64,000 nt of DNA from Vicinamibacterales bacterium (GTDB lineage: Bacteria; Acidobacteriota; Vicinamibacteria; Vicinamibacterales; UBA2999). Below are positions 63,635 through 64,000 of the stretch, piece after piece. Every line of letters starts with the position of its first letter. Within the stretch, counting starts at the first letter, position 1. A model generated the notes under the pieces. It had not been told where the DNA came from. It saw only the letters and a list, made by a program, of their open reading frames with translations, and did not search any database. The stretch lies in the NCBI GenBank assembly GCA_965262505.1, contig CBDHFM010000030.1, forward strand, positions 2,528,088 to 2,592,087, written 5' to 3'. Made by a program: the position numbers and the translations under genes.

Positions 63635-64000
63635 ATGATTTCGTTCACGCGTATCAGCAAGCAGTACGGCCGGCAGATTCTCTTCGTCGATGCGTCGTTC
63701 CAGCTCAACCCTGGAGAGATTGGCCTCGTCGGCCCGAACGGGTCGGGAAAGACGACCCTCTTTCGGATGATCGTTGGCGAGGAATCGCCGGACGAGGGCG
63801 ACGTCTCCGTGCCCAGGAAGATGACGGTCGGCTACTTCCGGCAGGACGTCGAGGAGATGGCGGGACGTTCGGTGCTGGATGAGGCGATTGCCGGGAGCGG
63901 ACGCCTTGGCGATCTTCATCACGAGCTCGAGGCGCTGCAGCACGGCATGGCCGATCCCGCTCAGGCCGGCGACATGGACCGGATCCTTGCGCGGTTCGGC
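63635..64000 (+). CDS. ABC-F family ATPase, 3'-partial at window edge
   Basis: Hand translation: MISFTRISKQYGRQILFVDASFQLNPGEIGLVGPNGSGKTTLFRMIVGEESPDEG.. (Walker A). Open to nt 64000. Not in the ORF track because it has no stop in the window. Confidence 0.8.
   Translation, partial: MISFTRISKQYGRQILFVDASFQLNPGEIGLVGPNGSGKTTLFRMIVGEESPDEGDVSVPRKMTVGYFRQDVEEMAGRSVLDEAIAGSGRLGDLHHELEALQHGMADPAQAGDMDRILARFG

Noticed and set aside
1-64000. A search for CRISPR arrays, tRNA, rRNA and tmRNA genes
   Set aside because: I noticed no regularly spaced short repeats with unique spacers and no tRNA-like cloverleaf candidates in the intergenic regions. The only tandem or direct repeats are the 21-bp array, the 15-bp duplication and the IS-related repeats reported above. 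tRNAscan-SE and CRISPR finders were not run.

Overview
High-GC (>60% by eye) bacterial chromosomal window; the taxon cannot be determined without a search. All product calls rest on motifs I recognise in the supplied translations and on hand translation; no searches were run.

Theme 1, nt 1-29770: a large surface-polysaccharide / O-antigen-type locus. It holds GT4 and GT2 glycosyltransferases, a Wzx-like flippase, Wzy/WaaL-like membrane proteins, a GDP-mannose-3,5-epimerase-like enzyme, several methyltransferases, DegT-like and RfbH-like PLP enzymes, and a cobalamin-type radical SAM enzyme. The locus is visibly decaying. Five genes are split by five different IS elements, and each can be rejoined in frame by hand. 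At least four more genes carry internal deletions or survive only as fragments.

Theme 2, nt 32811-52974: three molybdenum-hydroxylase systems. Two are Tat-signal IorAB-like pairs. The third is a PaoABC/CoxSLM-like three-subunit enzyme followed by an overlapping b-type cytochrome gene. This region also holds fdhD, a CusRS-like two-component pair, hemD, a lytic transglycosylase and further envelope genes.

Eleven IS copies of eight kinds occupy about 15 kb (~23% of the window by my coordinates): an IS3-like element, an IS407-group IS3, ISAzo13 x2, IS30, IS701 x3, two different IS1182-like elements, and an IS630-like element.

Most notable observations:
- A 5.8-kb chain of four IS elements sits inside a single CTAG of an ompA-family gene.
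- The IS630-like element carries a LexA-DNA-binding-domain-like passenger ORF whose stop codon is supplied by the CTAG target.
- A C-terminal piece of the radical SAM gene lies beyond an IS and is absent from the ORF track.
- A low-GC dioxygenase cassette is fused in frame to a truncated rfbH-like gene.

I recognised no rRNA, tRNA or CRISPR array.
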